Shown here one piece after another: positions 10,666-18,239 of a stretch of 24,000 nt of DNA; the first letter of the stretch is position 1, and every line of letters begins with the position of its first letter. The notes below the pieces were generated by a model that saw nothing but the letters and a program-made list of their open reading frames with translations, was not told where the DNA came from and made no database searches. The stretch covers positions 23,273 through 47,272 of the forward strand of contig NZ_JQGK01000018.1 of the NCBI RefSeq assembly GCF_000743525.1, written 5' to 3'. This DNA is from Sulfurospirillum sp. SCADC (GTDB lineage: Bacteria; Campylobacterota; Campylobacteria; Campylobacterales; Sulfurospirillaceae). A program made the position numbers and the translations under genes.

Positions 10666-10677
10666 TCTATAGGTAGG

Positions 10678-10986
10678 TTAAGCTTTAATGCTTACAACTT
10701 TTACTCTAGTGTATTGTCTTCTAAAACCACGTTTGACTTTAGAGTCTTTACGTCTACGTTTTTTGAAAGTAATAACTTTTTTGTCTTTGCCTTCAGTAAC
10801 AACTTCGAGTTCTACTGTAGCACCATTGACGAATGGGGCACCCACTGTAAGTTCGCCGTTGTTCACAGCTAAAACTTCCGTCACTACTATTTTCTCTTTT
10901 GGCTGAGCGTCAAGTCTATCGACATTTAAGTAGTCGCCTTCTTGAACTTTGTACTGCTTCCCGCCATTTTTGATAATTGCATACAT
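10678..10986 (-). CDS. rplU: 50S ribosomal protein L21
   Basis: 102 aa starting [18 protein letters not shown], which is diagnostic of L21. The RBS AAGAAGGA lies 7 nt upstream. Confidence 0.95.
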   Translation of the reverse strand: MYAIIKNGGKQYKVQEGDYLNVDRLDAQPKEKIVVTEVLAVNNGELTVGAPFVNGATVELEVVTEGKDKKVITFKKRRRKDSKVKRGFRRQYTRVKVVSIKA

Positions 10987-11072
10987 GCGTATGTCCTTCT
11001 TGGGAGAGATTTATTTTGAGGTTTGGATTGTACCTAAACCTTCTTTAAGGTAATATTAAAGGAAAACGTCTT

Positions 11073-11103
11073 TAAGCCTAAAGGAGTCTTTCCAAAAGGC
11101 TTA
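11073..11103 (-). terminator. Weak candidate terminator after pyk
   Basis: On the minus strand TAAGCCT...AGGCTTA forms a stem with an internal loop, followed by AAGACGTTTTCC. The U-tract is short and the structure imperfect. Confidence 0.3.
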
Positions 11104-11121
11104 AATCGTCTTTAAATCTCC

Positions 11122-12567
11122 CTAGAGAACCATATCGGTGTAGTATTCAATCTGCGCTTTTTTCAAGATGCGAATAAAGTTGGTACTTCCTTCAACACCG
11201 GCTGGATAACCTGCTGTGACGATGTAGGTTTTTTCTTTATCAATCAAACCTCGCTCAATGCCCTTTTGAAGCGTTTTACCCAACATCATATTGAGATTAC
11301 TGGCTTCAATGTTCATGATCGGTTTAATGCCCCATGCAATGGTTAAAGAGCGGGCAACGCGTTCATCATGCGTCACGGCATAAATATCGGCACGAATTCG
11401 ATACCGTGCCAATTTTTTAGCCGATTTGCCTGAACTGGTCAGTGAAATCATCGCTTCAACACCCAAGCGATCTGCAAGACGTGCGGTGGATGAGGAGATA
11501 ATATCGGTCTCATCCAAGAAAGGATACACCTCAAATTTGCTGTACGGATAGATCGATTCAATCTCTTTAATCGTATTGGACATAACCTCAACCACATGGA
11601 TAGGATTGACCCCAATCGCACTCTCTTCGGAGAGCATAACCGCGTCCGTTCCATCCAAAACAGCGTTCGCAACGTCACTGATTTCAGCTCTGGTTGCCAT
11701 CTCTTTTTCTGCCATGGAAAGCAGCATTTGCGTCGCTGTAATAACGGGCTTAGACGCTGCATTGGCTTTGGCAATTAATCTTTTTTGAATGCTTGGAACT
11801 TTGTAGTACGGCACTTCAATACCAAGGTCTCCTCGTGCAACCATGATACCATCACTGACTTCTAAGATTTCATCAATTTTTTCAACGGCGTCAAATTTTT
11901 CAATTTTAGCAAAAATATGGGCACGGGATTTATGCTCTTTCAGAATTTTTCGTGCTTGTAAAATATCTTTGGCACTTTGAACAAAAGAGACCGCCACAAA
12001 ATCGACGCCGTGCTCAGCACCCCAGCGAAGATCTGCTTCATCTTTAGGCGTAATGACTTCAATGTTGATGATGGTATTGGGAAAATTCACCCCTTTGTTG
12101 GACGAGAGTTTCCCACTGTTTTCCACGGTGGTCACAATCTTATCGCCTATTTCAATCACTTTCGCGCGAATATTGCCATCGTAGAGATAGATATATTCAC
12201 CCTCTTTCAGCATATCTAAAATCTGCGGCTGGTTAATGCAGAGTTCATATCTGCCTTCTCCCGTTTTTTTACCAACGATTTGCTCTTTCGTAAAATGGAT
12301 TTGATCCCCTGACTCAAGGAAAAAGTCATCTTCGAGTTTTCCTACACGAATCTTTGGCCCACAAATATCTTGTAAAACACCCACTTTTTTCTGAACATTT
12401 TTTTCCGCTTCTCTGATTTTGGCAAGTGTACTGGCATGGTACTCATGGGTTCCATGGCTAAAATTGAGTCGAAATACATTGACACCTGCTCGAATTAACC
12501 CTTCTAAAATTTCTACACTATCACTTGCTGGTCCAACGGTTGCTAGGATTTTTGTCTTTTTATCCAT
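11122..12567 (-). CDS. pyk: Pyruvate kinase
   Basis: 481 aa with KILATVGPAS, NFSHG and MVARGDLGIEVP motifs. The RBS AAAAGGAAA lies upstream. Confidence 0.95.
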   Translation of the reverse strand: MDKKTKILATVGPASDSVEILEGLIRAGVNVFRLNFSHGTHEYHASTLAKIREAEKNVQKKVGVLQDICGPKIRVGKLEDDFFLESGDQIHFTKEQIVGKKTGEGRYELCINQPQILDMLKEGEYIYLYDGNIRAKVIEIGDKIVTTVENSGKLSSNKGVNFPNTIINIEVITPKDEADLRWGAEHGVDFVAVSFVQSAKDILQARKILKEHKSRAHIFAKIEKFDAVEKIDEILEVSDGIMVARGDLGIEVPYYKVPSIQKRLIAKANAASKPVITATQMLLSMAEKEMATRAEISDVANAVLDGTDAVMLSEESAIGVNPIHVVEVMSNTIKEIESIYPYSKFEVYPFLDETDIISSSTARLADRLGVEAMISLTSSGKSAKKLARYRIRADIYAVTHDERVARSLTIAWGIKPIMNIEASNLNMMLGKTLQKGIERGLIDKEKTYIVTAGYPAGVEGSTNFIRILKKAQIEYYTDMVL

Positions 12568-12619
12568 CTCTGTTTCCTTTTTTATAATGAGTTCTATTCT
12601 ATCACTTTAGTGTTACAAA

Positions 12620-12628
12620 ATTATATCA
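12620..12628 (-). promoter_or_regulatory. Candidate extended -10 (TGATATAAT) for pyk
   Basis: The minus strand reads ...CTTACATGTAAGGCTTATGATATAATTTTG..., about 50 nt upstream of the pyk ATG. Confidence 0.5.
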
Positions 12629-12633
12629 TAAGC

Positions 12634-12645
12634 CTTACATGTAAG
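12634..12645. repeat. Iterated palindrome copy CTTACATGTAAG (10/12, itself a perfect 12-bp palindrome)
   Basis: Intergenic, 5 nt upstream of the candidate pyk extended -10. Confidence 0.9.
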
Positions 12646-12793
12646 CTTTAAAAAGATGCTGAAGTTTTACACATCTAATCAATCTTGCATCACGTCTATC
12701 AATCGGCTTTAGACAATTTAAGAGAGCACTTTTTGCATTAAATTGATCCATACAAGAGCACTACCTTAATTCAATAAAATTAAAAGCTTTCTG

Positions 12794-12802
12794 TGGTATT
12801 AT
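12794..12802 (+). promoter_or_regulatory. Candidate extended -10 (TGGTATTAT) for the CheX-like gene
   Basis: CTGTGGTATTATCAC lies about 45 nt upstream of the ATG at 12847. This is resemblance only. Confidence 0.4.
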
Positions 12803-12846
12803 CACTACTTATTATCCTAATCAACACATACGGTTAACATAACACC

Positions 12847-13899
12847 ATGACAAACAGCATTCAACACTCTATTTTAATTTTTAACTATAACGAAGCGGTT
12901 CATGAGAATCGTAACAGTGTCTTATACAATACGATTATAGGACAACAGGCAATGCTCAAAGACAAAGGGATCAAAGGTGTACTTGTCTCCTTAAAAGATA
13001 CCCCTTATTCTCCTTTAACCAAAGAAGATCCCAACCTTGCGAATTTAGTCAAACAGCTTGAAAAACTAAGCCATAGGATTGATCTTCCCGTCGCCATTGG
13101 TGATTATAAACGCGATACGTTTGCCTATCTTAAAAAATTTAGTGCCAATACCTCGGTGAAACTCTTTCAAAACATTAATACAGCGATTCTCTTTTTTAAC
13201 CCAAAAGCCTTCAAAAAAGAGCTCGATGTCCTGATCTACGATGAAGATAAAGAAAATGCGGACAAAATTGCAATGGAACTCGGGAAAATGGGCTATTCCA
13301 TCGTTCATGCACGCAATGTAGAAGATTTTAAGATCAAAGCTTCTGCTAAAAAATACGATATGACCATCACGCACACGGCCATTAACCAAAATAGTACTAA
13401 AACACAGGCATCACAAGGGTTGGGACTTTCAAAACAGCTGGTGATGAATCTTCCTGTCTTTATTGACACCGCTGTGAATTCACTTGTGACGATTACAGGA
13501 CTTGAAGCGCAAAAAATCAAGCATGAAATCAGACCGTTTAATGAAAAAATTCCTCCTCATGTGATCATTGCGGCGATGAAATTTAAAGGTGATATTAGTG
13601 GTGTTTTCTTCCTTGTTTTTCCACGAGAGCTTGCCCTTGTAGCACTTGAAGCAATGTTAGGGGAGAGTCTGGAAGCCGATGATACGGCGTCAATTGTCGA
13701 TGGCGTTGCTGAATTTTGCAATATCATCACAGGATCAGCAAAAGTGACGTTCTCGGGTAAAAATCTTAAAGTTCTTTTTGAACTTCCTAAAACCTACCTA
13801 TCTGTGCAAGTTGCCCTGAGCGATACGTTAGGTTCCAATGGCGTTTGGATCGACATGCAACTGGATGAAAAACCTTTTTACATGTTTATTACCAAGTAA
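12847..13899 (+). CDS. CheX/CheC-family phosphatase-like protein with a roughly 200-aa N-terminal extension (includes a degenerate receiver-like segment)
   Basis: 350 aa. The C-terminal part (about 13444-13896) aligns by eye with CheX (GDISGVFFLVFPRELALVALEAMLGE) and carries DGVAEFCN-x21-P at 13699, matching the D/S-x3-E-x2-N...P active-site pattern. Residues 127-177 (VLIYDEDKENADKIAMELGKMGYSIVHA...) resemble the first half of a receiver domain but lack the phospho-Asp position. No Shine-Dalgarno sequence precedes the ATG, so the start is uncertain. Confidence 0.6.
   Translation: MTNSIQHSILIFNYNEAVHENRNSVLYNTIIGQQAMLKDKGIKGVLVSLKDTPYSPLTKEDPNLANLVKQLEKLSHRIDLPVAIGDYKRDTFAYLKKFSANTSVKLFQNINTAILFFNPKAFKKELDVLIYDEDKENADKIAMELGKMGYSIVHARNVEDFKIKASAKKYDMTITHTAINQNSTKTQASQGLGLSKQLVMNLPVFIDTAVNSLVTITGLEAQKIKHEIRPFNEKIPPHVIIAAMKFKGDISGVFFLVFPRELALVALEAMLGESLEADDTASIVDGVAEFCNIITGSAKVTFSGKNLKVLFELPKTYLSVQVALSDTLGSNGVWIDMQLDEKPFYMFITK
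13877..13888. repeat. Degenerate iterated palindrome TTTACATGTTTA (10/12)
   Basis: Inside the CheX-like gene, encoded as F-Y-M-F. This is the only copy in the third reading phase, and its TAA half is broken. Confidence 0.6.
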
Positions 13900-15051
13900 C
13901 TACTTTTTCTGTAAAAAACGTAATGCTTCTTGAAGGGGAATATCTTCCTCTTCGCTTCCTTGATTGATCTCAATATTGGGTATCACACCACTGGGCCATA
14001 CACTTTTTCCCTTAGGCGTACACCAACGTGCTGTCGCAAACTTTACAGCGGTTGTGTTGGTGCTCAGTGGGAAAAGCGTGGCAAACGTGTCTTTACCAAA
14101 CGTTGGCGTGCCAATGATCGTGGCACGATTGTACTCTTGAAGGACGGAGGAGACAATCTCCGAGCTCCCTGCTGAGTCATTATTGGTTAAAATGACTAAA
14201 GGGACTGTTTTTAAAAAAAAGAGCTCTTCGATTTTGTCAGCATATTCAACCCCTTCAAAATCTTGCGGTGTGTTTTTATACTGCTTTTTTTCCTCTTTGT
14301 GGCGACTTTTGACTGTTAGAACAAGTTTGTCTTTCTCTAAAAAAAGAGAGGTTACGGCAATACCACTGCTGAAAATGCCTCCTGGATTATCGCGAAGATC
14401 CAAAATCATTCCATTAATTTTGTGCTTTTGTGCTTCGTAAAGATAGCGCATATCCTCCAAAAAAGAGGGAAGTATATCTTGGGCGAAAGAGCTAATTTTA
14501 ACATAGGCAATATCATTTTCAAACATCAAAGAGCTCATAAGATCGATCGTAACTGCTTTACGCGTGAGTTGCAGCTCAATCGGTTTTGAACTGTTCAGTT
14601 TGAGTGTTAATAATTTAATTTTGGTATTGGGAGATCCACGAAGGGCTGAAATGACCTCATCTAAACTGAGGTTACGCACTAAGACACCATCAATTTGAAC
14701 AATTTCATCACCTTTTTGAAGATTGGCTTTTTGCGCAGGAGAGTGGTCAACAACCGATTTGACATAAATATGGTTGCTCTTTTGAATCAGATACAGCCCG
14801 ACACCTGCAACGGGCTTTGAGCTGAGATAAAGCGTCTCATACTCTTCTTCATTTAGATAGCGCCCATTTTTGTCAACACTGGTTACCATTCCTTCTAAAC
14901 AGCCTTCCATCAACCGTTTTTCATCCAAAGGCTGAATCGACTCCTCTTTAATTTTTTGCACAACCTCTTGATAAAAAAGATAAGGATCATTGGTTGGAGC
15001 TGCATTTAAAAGTGTCATTATGAGGCTTAAAAAACCAAAAAAATGTCTCAA
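13900..15051 (-). CDS. S41 family C-terminal processing peptidase (Ctp/Prc-like) with PDZ domain
   Basis: 383 aa with a signal-like N-terminus MRHFFGFLSLIMTLLNA, a PDZ segment (GDEIVQIDG) and the S41 serine motif ILTNNDSAGSSEIV. The start is a TTG at 15051, preceded by AAAGGA 7 nt upstream. Confidence 0.9.
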   Translation of the reverse strand: MRHFFGFLSLIMTLLNAAPTNDPYLFYQEVVQKIKEESIQPLDEKRLMEGCLEGMVTSVDKNGRYLNEEEYETLYLSSKPVAGVGLYLIQKSNHIYVKSVVDHSPAQKANLQKGDEIVQIDGVLVRNLSLDEVISALRGSPNTKIKLLTLKLNSSKPIELQLTRKAVTIDLMSSLMFENDIAYVKISSFAQDILPSFLEDMRYLYEAQKHKINGMILDLRDNPGGIFSSGIAVTSLFLEKDKLVLTVKSRHKEEKKQYKNTPQDFEGVEYADKIEELFFLKTVPLVILTNNDSAGSSEIVSSVLQEYNRATIIGTPTFGKDTFATLFPLSTNTTAVKFATARWCTPKGKSVWPSGVIPNIEINQGSEEEDIPLQEALRFLQKK

Positions 15052-15115
15052 ACATAGATCCTTTGACTTTGTATAGCGGTATAGTACTACTTTTTACGCC
15101 TATTTTGCAAAAATG

Positions 15116-15565
15116 TCACGCTAAGATCAATCGCATCGGTTGCATCAAAGAATCGACAAACCCCAGCCGTTTGTAGAAGCGCTGTGCCGCATGATTGTGC
15201 GTGTCCGTTAAAAGAGTAATGCGTTTACATGTAAGCTTTTGAGCATGTTCTATGGCTGCCTCAACCAACCGTGTTCCGCATTTTTCTCCTCGAAATTGAG
15301 GCGCAATAATCATATCTTCCAAAAAGGCTACTTTTCCGCCAAGTGCTGTGCTGATCGTCCATAAAAGGCTTACCATTCCGATGATCTCACCCTCCTTTTT
15401 AAGCACAAAAATGGTTCCTATCGTGGCATCTTCTAGGATCATTTTAAGACCTGCGCGTTGAGCCTCAGGATGTGGCGTAAATTCAGCCTCTTGAGAAAAA
15501 AGGAGGGTTAATAAATCAATTAAAGACTCTATATCAGAGCTTTTTGCCTCTTCAACGCTAAACAT
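15116..15565 (-). CDS. GNAT family N-acetyltransferase
   Basis: 149 aa with an acetyl-CoA binding pattern (FRGEKCGTRLVEAAIEHA) and a ...AAQRFYKRLGF tail typical of GNAT. The RBS AGGAG lies upstream. Confidence 0.85.
   Translation of the reverse strand: MFSVEEAKSSDIESLIDLLTLLFSQEAEFTPHPEAQRAGLKMILEDATIGTIFVLKKEGEIIGMVSLLWTISTALGGKVAFLEDMIIAPQFRGEKCGTRLVEAAIEHAQKLTCKRITLLTDTHNHAAQRFYKRLGFVDSLMQPMRLILA
15224..15235. repeat. Iterated palindrome copy TTTACATGTAAG (11/12)
   Basis: Inside the GNAT gene, encoded as L-T-C-K. Confidence 0.9.
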
Positions 15566-15615
15566 ACCACTCCTTTTTTGATCTGTATTGTAACATAGGA
15601 ACCCTTTTTGCTTGT

Positions 15616-15621
15616 TATAAT
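15616..15621 (+). promoter_or_regulatory. Candidate -10 (TATAAT) for ORF 15646
   Basis: TTGTTATAATTAC lies 25 nt upstream of the ATG. A strong RBS AAGGAG at 15634-15639 sits 6 nt before the ATG. Confidence 0.45.
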
Positions 15622-15645
15622 TACTGATATGATAAGGAGTTTTTC

Positions 15646-16128
15646 ATGACCATTGAAGAGAGTAAAAACAGCGTCAATCAATCGTTATTGAGCACACTCG
15701 CCAAAGTTACCACAAAGAATACGACTACGGAAGATTCGTTTGCCAGTATTTTAGCAAGCCAATTAAATGGAAGCAGCAGTTCAAGTGATGAATCCACAGC
15801 TTCAACGGCTGCAACCGAATCCAATGCTGCCGTTGAGGCGTTTAAAGAAGCTCTAACGTCCAAAGGGGCGCTTCAATTCTACCAAGAGTACAATCAAGAG
15901 AAAATTGAGCAACTGATGGAAGAGAAAAAAGCGGAACTTGAAGATAAATTGGGGCTGAGTGCAGACAGTGTGCCACCCTTAAGCGGCGAAGATCGAGAAA
16001 ATACGCTCTCTATGCTAGACATGATGCTGGATGCTTACCGTAAACAACTGCAAGAGAAGATGCAAGCTGAGGATGAGCTTGAGCAAGAGACGACAATGCT
16101 CAATACGTTTTTACAAGACCTTGCTTAG
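15646..16128 (+). CDS. Hypothetical acidic protein (Ser/Thr-rich N-terminal half, coiled-coil-like C-terminal half)
   Basis: 160 aa with an excellent RBS and a plausible promoter. It has no TM segment or signal peptide and I recognise no family motif. Confidence 0.65.
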   Translation: MTIEESKNSVNQSLLSTLAKVTTKNTTTEDSFASILASQLNGSSSSSDESTASTAATESNAAVEAFKEALTSKGALQFYQEYNQEKIEQLMEEKKAELEDKLGLSADSVPPLSGEDRENTLSMLDMMLDAYRKQLQEKMQAEDELEQETTMLNTFLQDLA

Positions 16129-16850
16129 CGTTTTTGCAAAATTAAGATGGTTTTATCAGGCTCGTCACCAAAGAGTGTGACGGGTTTGGTAGAACAGAGT
16201 TTAAATGCCTTGAGTTTTTTAAAAAACGAGAGTGGGTGAAAGTATTGGGTGATGACTCCCTCTTCTTTGCGGTAAAGCTTTCCCTCTTTTTCAAACAAAA
16301 CGATCTTTGTGACCAGCTCATGATTTTCAAAGGTTGCATCCACGCATAAAAACTGATCTTCCTTCTCTTGGCACATCACGCCTTCTGCCACGCCTTCAAA
16401 ACCATACAAGGTATTGACATCGCAGACAAAATAGCCATTTTGAGGCAGCACACGTGCAACCGCTTCTAAGAAAGCGTTTATCTCGGAAGGGGCAATGTAA
16501 TTTAGCACATCGGCAATCGCTACAACGCACTCAAACGAAGCCTCTTCCCATTCGTCTAGCTCTTTGGTACTCGCTTCCACCCCTAAAGCTCGTGCACGCT
16601 CGATCATGGCGACACTTCGATCAATTCCGCACGCACTGATCTGCTCATCTTTAAGATGCACAAGAAATCTGCCATTGCCACATCCCACATCCAAAATACG
16701 CTTTACATGTAAAGATTTGAGTAAACGCAAATAGGTCTGGTAGAGGGTTTCATACTGGGCATCAAAACCGATCAGCGATTCGATTTTGGCGTAAAGATCA
16801 AGAGGAGTTATCATGGGTACACTTTGGTTGGGGCTTTTTGAAAGCCCCAT
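16125..16850 (-). CDS. Class I SAM-dependent methyltransferase (substrate unknown)
   Basis: 241 aa with motif I ILDVGCGNGRF. The start is ambiguous between the ATG at 16850, which lies inside a hairpin, and the ATG at 16814 (MITPLDLY...). Neither has a clear Shine-Dalgarno sequence. Confidence 0.85.
   Translation of the reverse strand: MGLSKSPNQSVPMITPLDLYAKIESLIGFDAQYETLYQTYLRLLKSLHVKRILDVGCGNGRFLVHLKDEQISACGIDRSVAMIERARALGVEASTKELDEWEEASFECVVAIADVLNYIAPSEINAFLEAVARVLPQNGYFVCDVNTLYGFEGVAEGVMCQEKEDQFLCVDATFENHELVTKIVLFEKEGKLYRKEEGVITQYFHPLSFFKKLKAFKLCSTKPVTLFGDEPDKTILILQKR
16702..16713. repeat. Iterated palindrome copy TTTACATGTAAA (12/12; 14-bp palindrome CTTTACATGTAAAG)
   Basis: Inside the methyltransferase gene, encoded as L-H-V-K. 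Confidence 0.95.
16830..16848. other. GC-rich hairpin GGGGCTTT-TTG-AAAGCCCC just after the mqo stop
   Basis: 8-bp perfect stem. Coordinates are anchored to the ORF-track positions of the mqo stop (16857) and the MTase ATG (16850). No U-tract follows on either strand. Confidence 0.5.
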
Positions 16851-16856
16851 GAGATT

Positions 16857-18197
16857 TTAGTCAACGAGTTCGTGTTTAAAGCGTGCTTCATCAAATGTCT
16901 TGCCAAGGTATTCGCACACGATTCTAACATCGCGACGCGCATTTCCAAGACAACTGGTTGCACCTGGACTTGGCGTCATGTTAAAGATAATGCCCGTTCC
17001 TGGGTTGATGCTCGCTTCACCTAGCATCAATTTTTGCTCTGTTTTATTAATCACTTGAGGTCTGACACCGCCAAAGTGATGCGCATATTCAATGTCGTCT
17101 AGTTGCAACGAAGGAACAATTTTGCGTGCATCTTTGATGAAAAGCTCTTTACCAAATTTAGGAAGCTCAAACAGAACGTTTCGTAAGATGTAATTACGAA
17201 TATCGCTGTCTTTCATCAAATCATAAAAAACTTTCGCCACTTTACCATCAAATTGCAATGTTTGCCAAAAATCAAGATACGTTCCACCCGTGTAACGCTC
17301 TAATTTTGGCATCACAAGGGCTGTGGGTCCAAAACGGGTACAGCCATCGGCTAAAATGTCCGGATCGCCATGCAGTGCCGCAAAAGGAAGTTTAGGATGC
17401 TGCACCATATAGACTTTACCATTGAGCATTTTTTTCTTGGTCATATAAAAACTGCCACCCACCGGTAAACAGGCAAAATCAAGTCCATAGCCCATTTCAT
17501 GCGCTAAATAGAGTGAATGAGCGCCCGCATCGACCACGACAAAATCAGCCGTAAACGTATGATCTTTGGTCATCACCACGTGCATATCACCCAGTTTAGT
17601 AATGTTGGTTACTTGAGAGTTCAAAAAGACATCCGCAACTTTACCTTCGATTTTTTGAGCTTCAGAAACCAAGCTTTCACTCATTTGCCCAAAATCAACG
17701 GTACTAAACTCTCCGCCTTCCACGCCCACACCAATGACATTATCAAGACGCTCTTTGCCCTCAGCATCGTAAATAAGCTTTGGCTCAATCTGTGCAAGTT
17801 TCTCTTTATCAAAGACTTCAAGATAGGGGTACAGCTCTTTAAACTCTTCATAACGCTTTTGCATATACGCAACTTCGGTATCACCCACACCGATTGCCAT
17901 TTTTTGATGCGCAAATAAAAACTTACCCTCGTGTCCATGCGCAACACAATACTTTGCGATCATGCCTGCAGTCTCTTTGACTTTTTTCGCTTTTTCTAGA
18001 GTATAGTTGGTTTCTATGTCACCACAGTGAATGGTTTGAGAATTGGACGTTCCAGCAGAATTGAGTTTTGCTAAACGCTCATATTTTTCGACCAGCGCGA
18101 TACGCTTAATGTCTGTATATTTTGCAAGCTCATAAAACAGAGCTGCACCTGAGATTCCGCCACCGACGACCAAGACGTCATAGTGATTTTTTGTCAT
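16857..18197 (-). CDS. mqo: Malate:quinone oxidoreductase (FAD-dependent, epsilonproteobacterial type)
   Basis: Carries the FAD motif DVLVVGGGISGAAL plus NSQTIHCGDIETNYTLEKAKKV and FNMTPSPGATSCL, which I recognise from Helicobacter and Campylobacter Mqo. I prefer the ATG at 18197, with AGGAAG 8 nt upstream, over the track's TTG at 18206. Confidence 0.88.
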   Translation of the reverse strand: MTKNHYDVLVVGGGISGAALFYELAKYTDIKRIALVEKYERLAKLNSAGTSNSQTIHCGDIETNYTLEKAKKVKETAGMIAKYCVAHGHEGKFLFAHQKMAIGVGDTEVAYMQKRYEEFKELYPYLEVFDKEKLAQIEPKLIYDAEGKERLDNVIGVGVEGGEFSTVDFGQMSESLVSEAQKIEGKVADVFLNSQVTNITKLGDMHVVMTKDHTFTADFVVVDAGAHSLYLAHEMGYGLDFACLPVGGSFYMTKKKMLNGKVYMVQHPKLPFAALHGDPDILADGCTRFGPTALVMPKLERYTGGTYLDFWQTLQFDGKVAKVFYDLMKDSDIRNYILRNVLFELPKFGKELFIKDARKIVPSLQLDDIEYAHHFGGVRPQVINKTEQKLMLGEASINPGTGIIFNMTPSPGATSCLGNARRDVRIVCEYLGKTFDEARFKHELVD

Positions 18198-18239
18198 GCT
18201 AAACAACTTCCTACTCTAAGATTTTAGGGTGTGACATTC

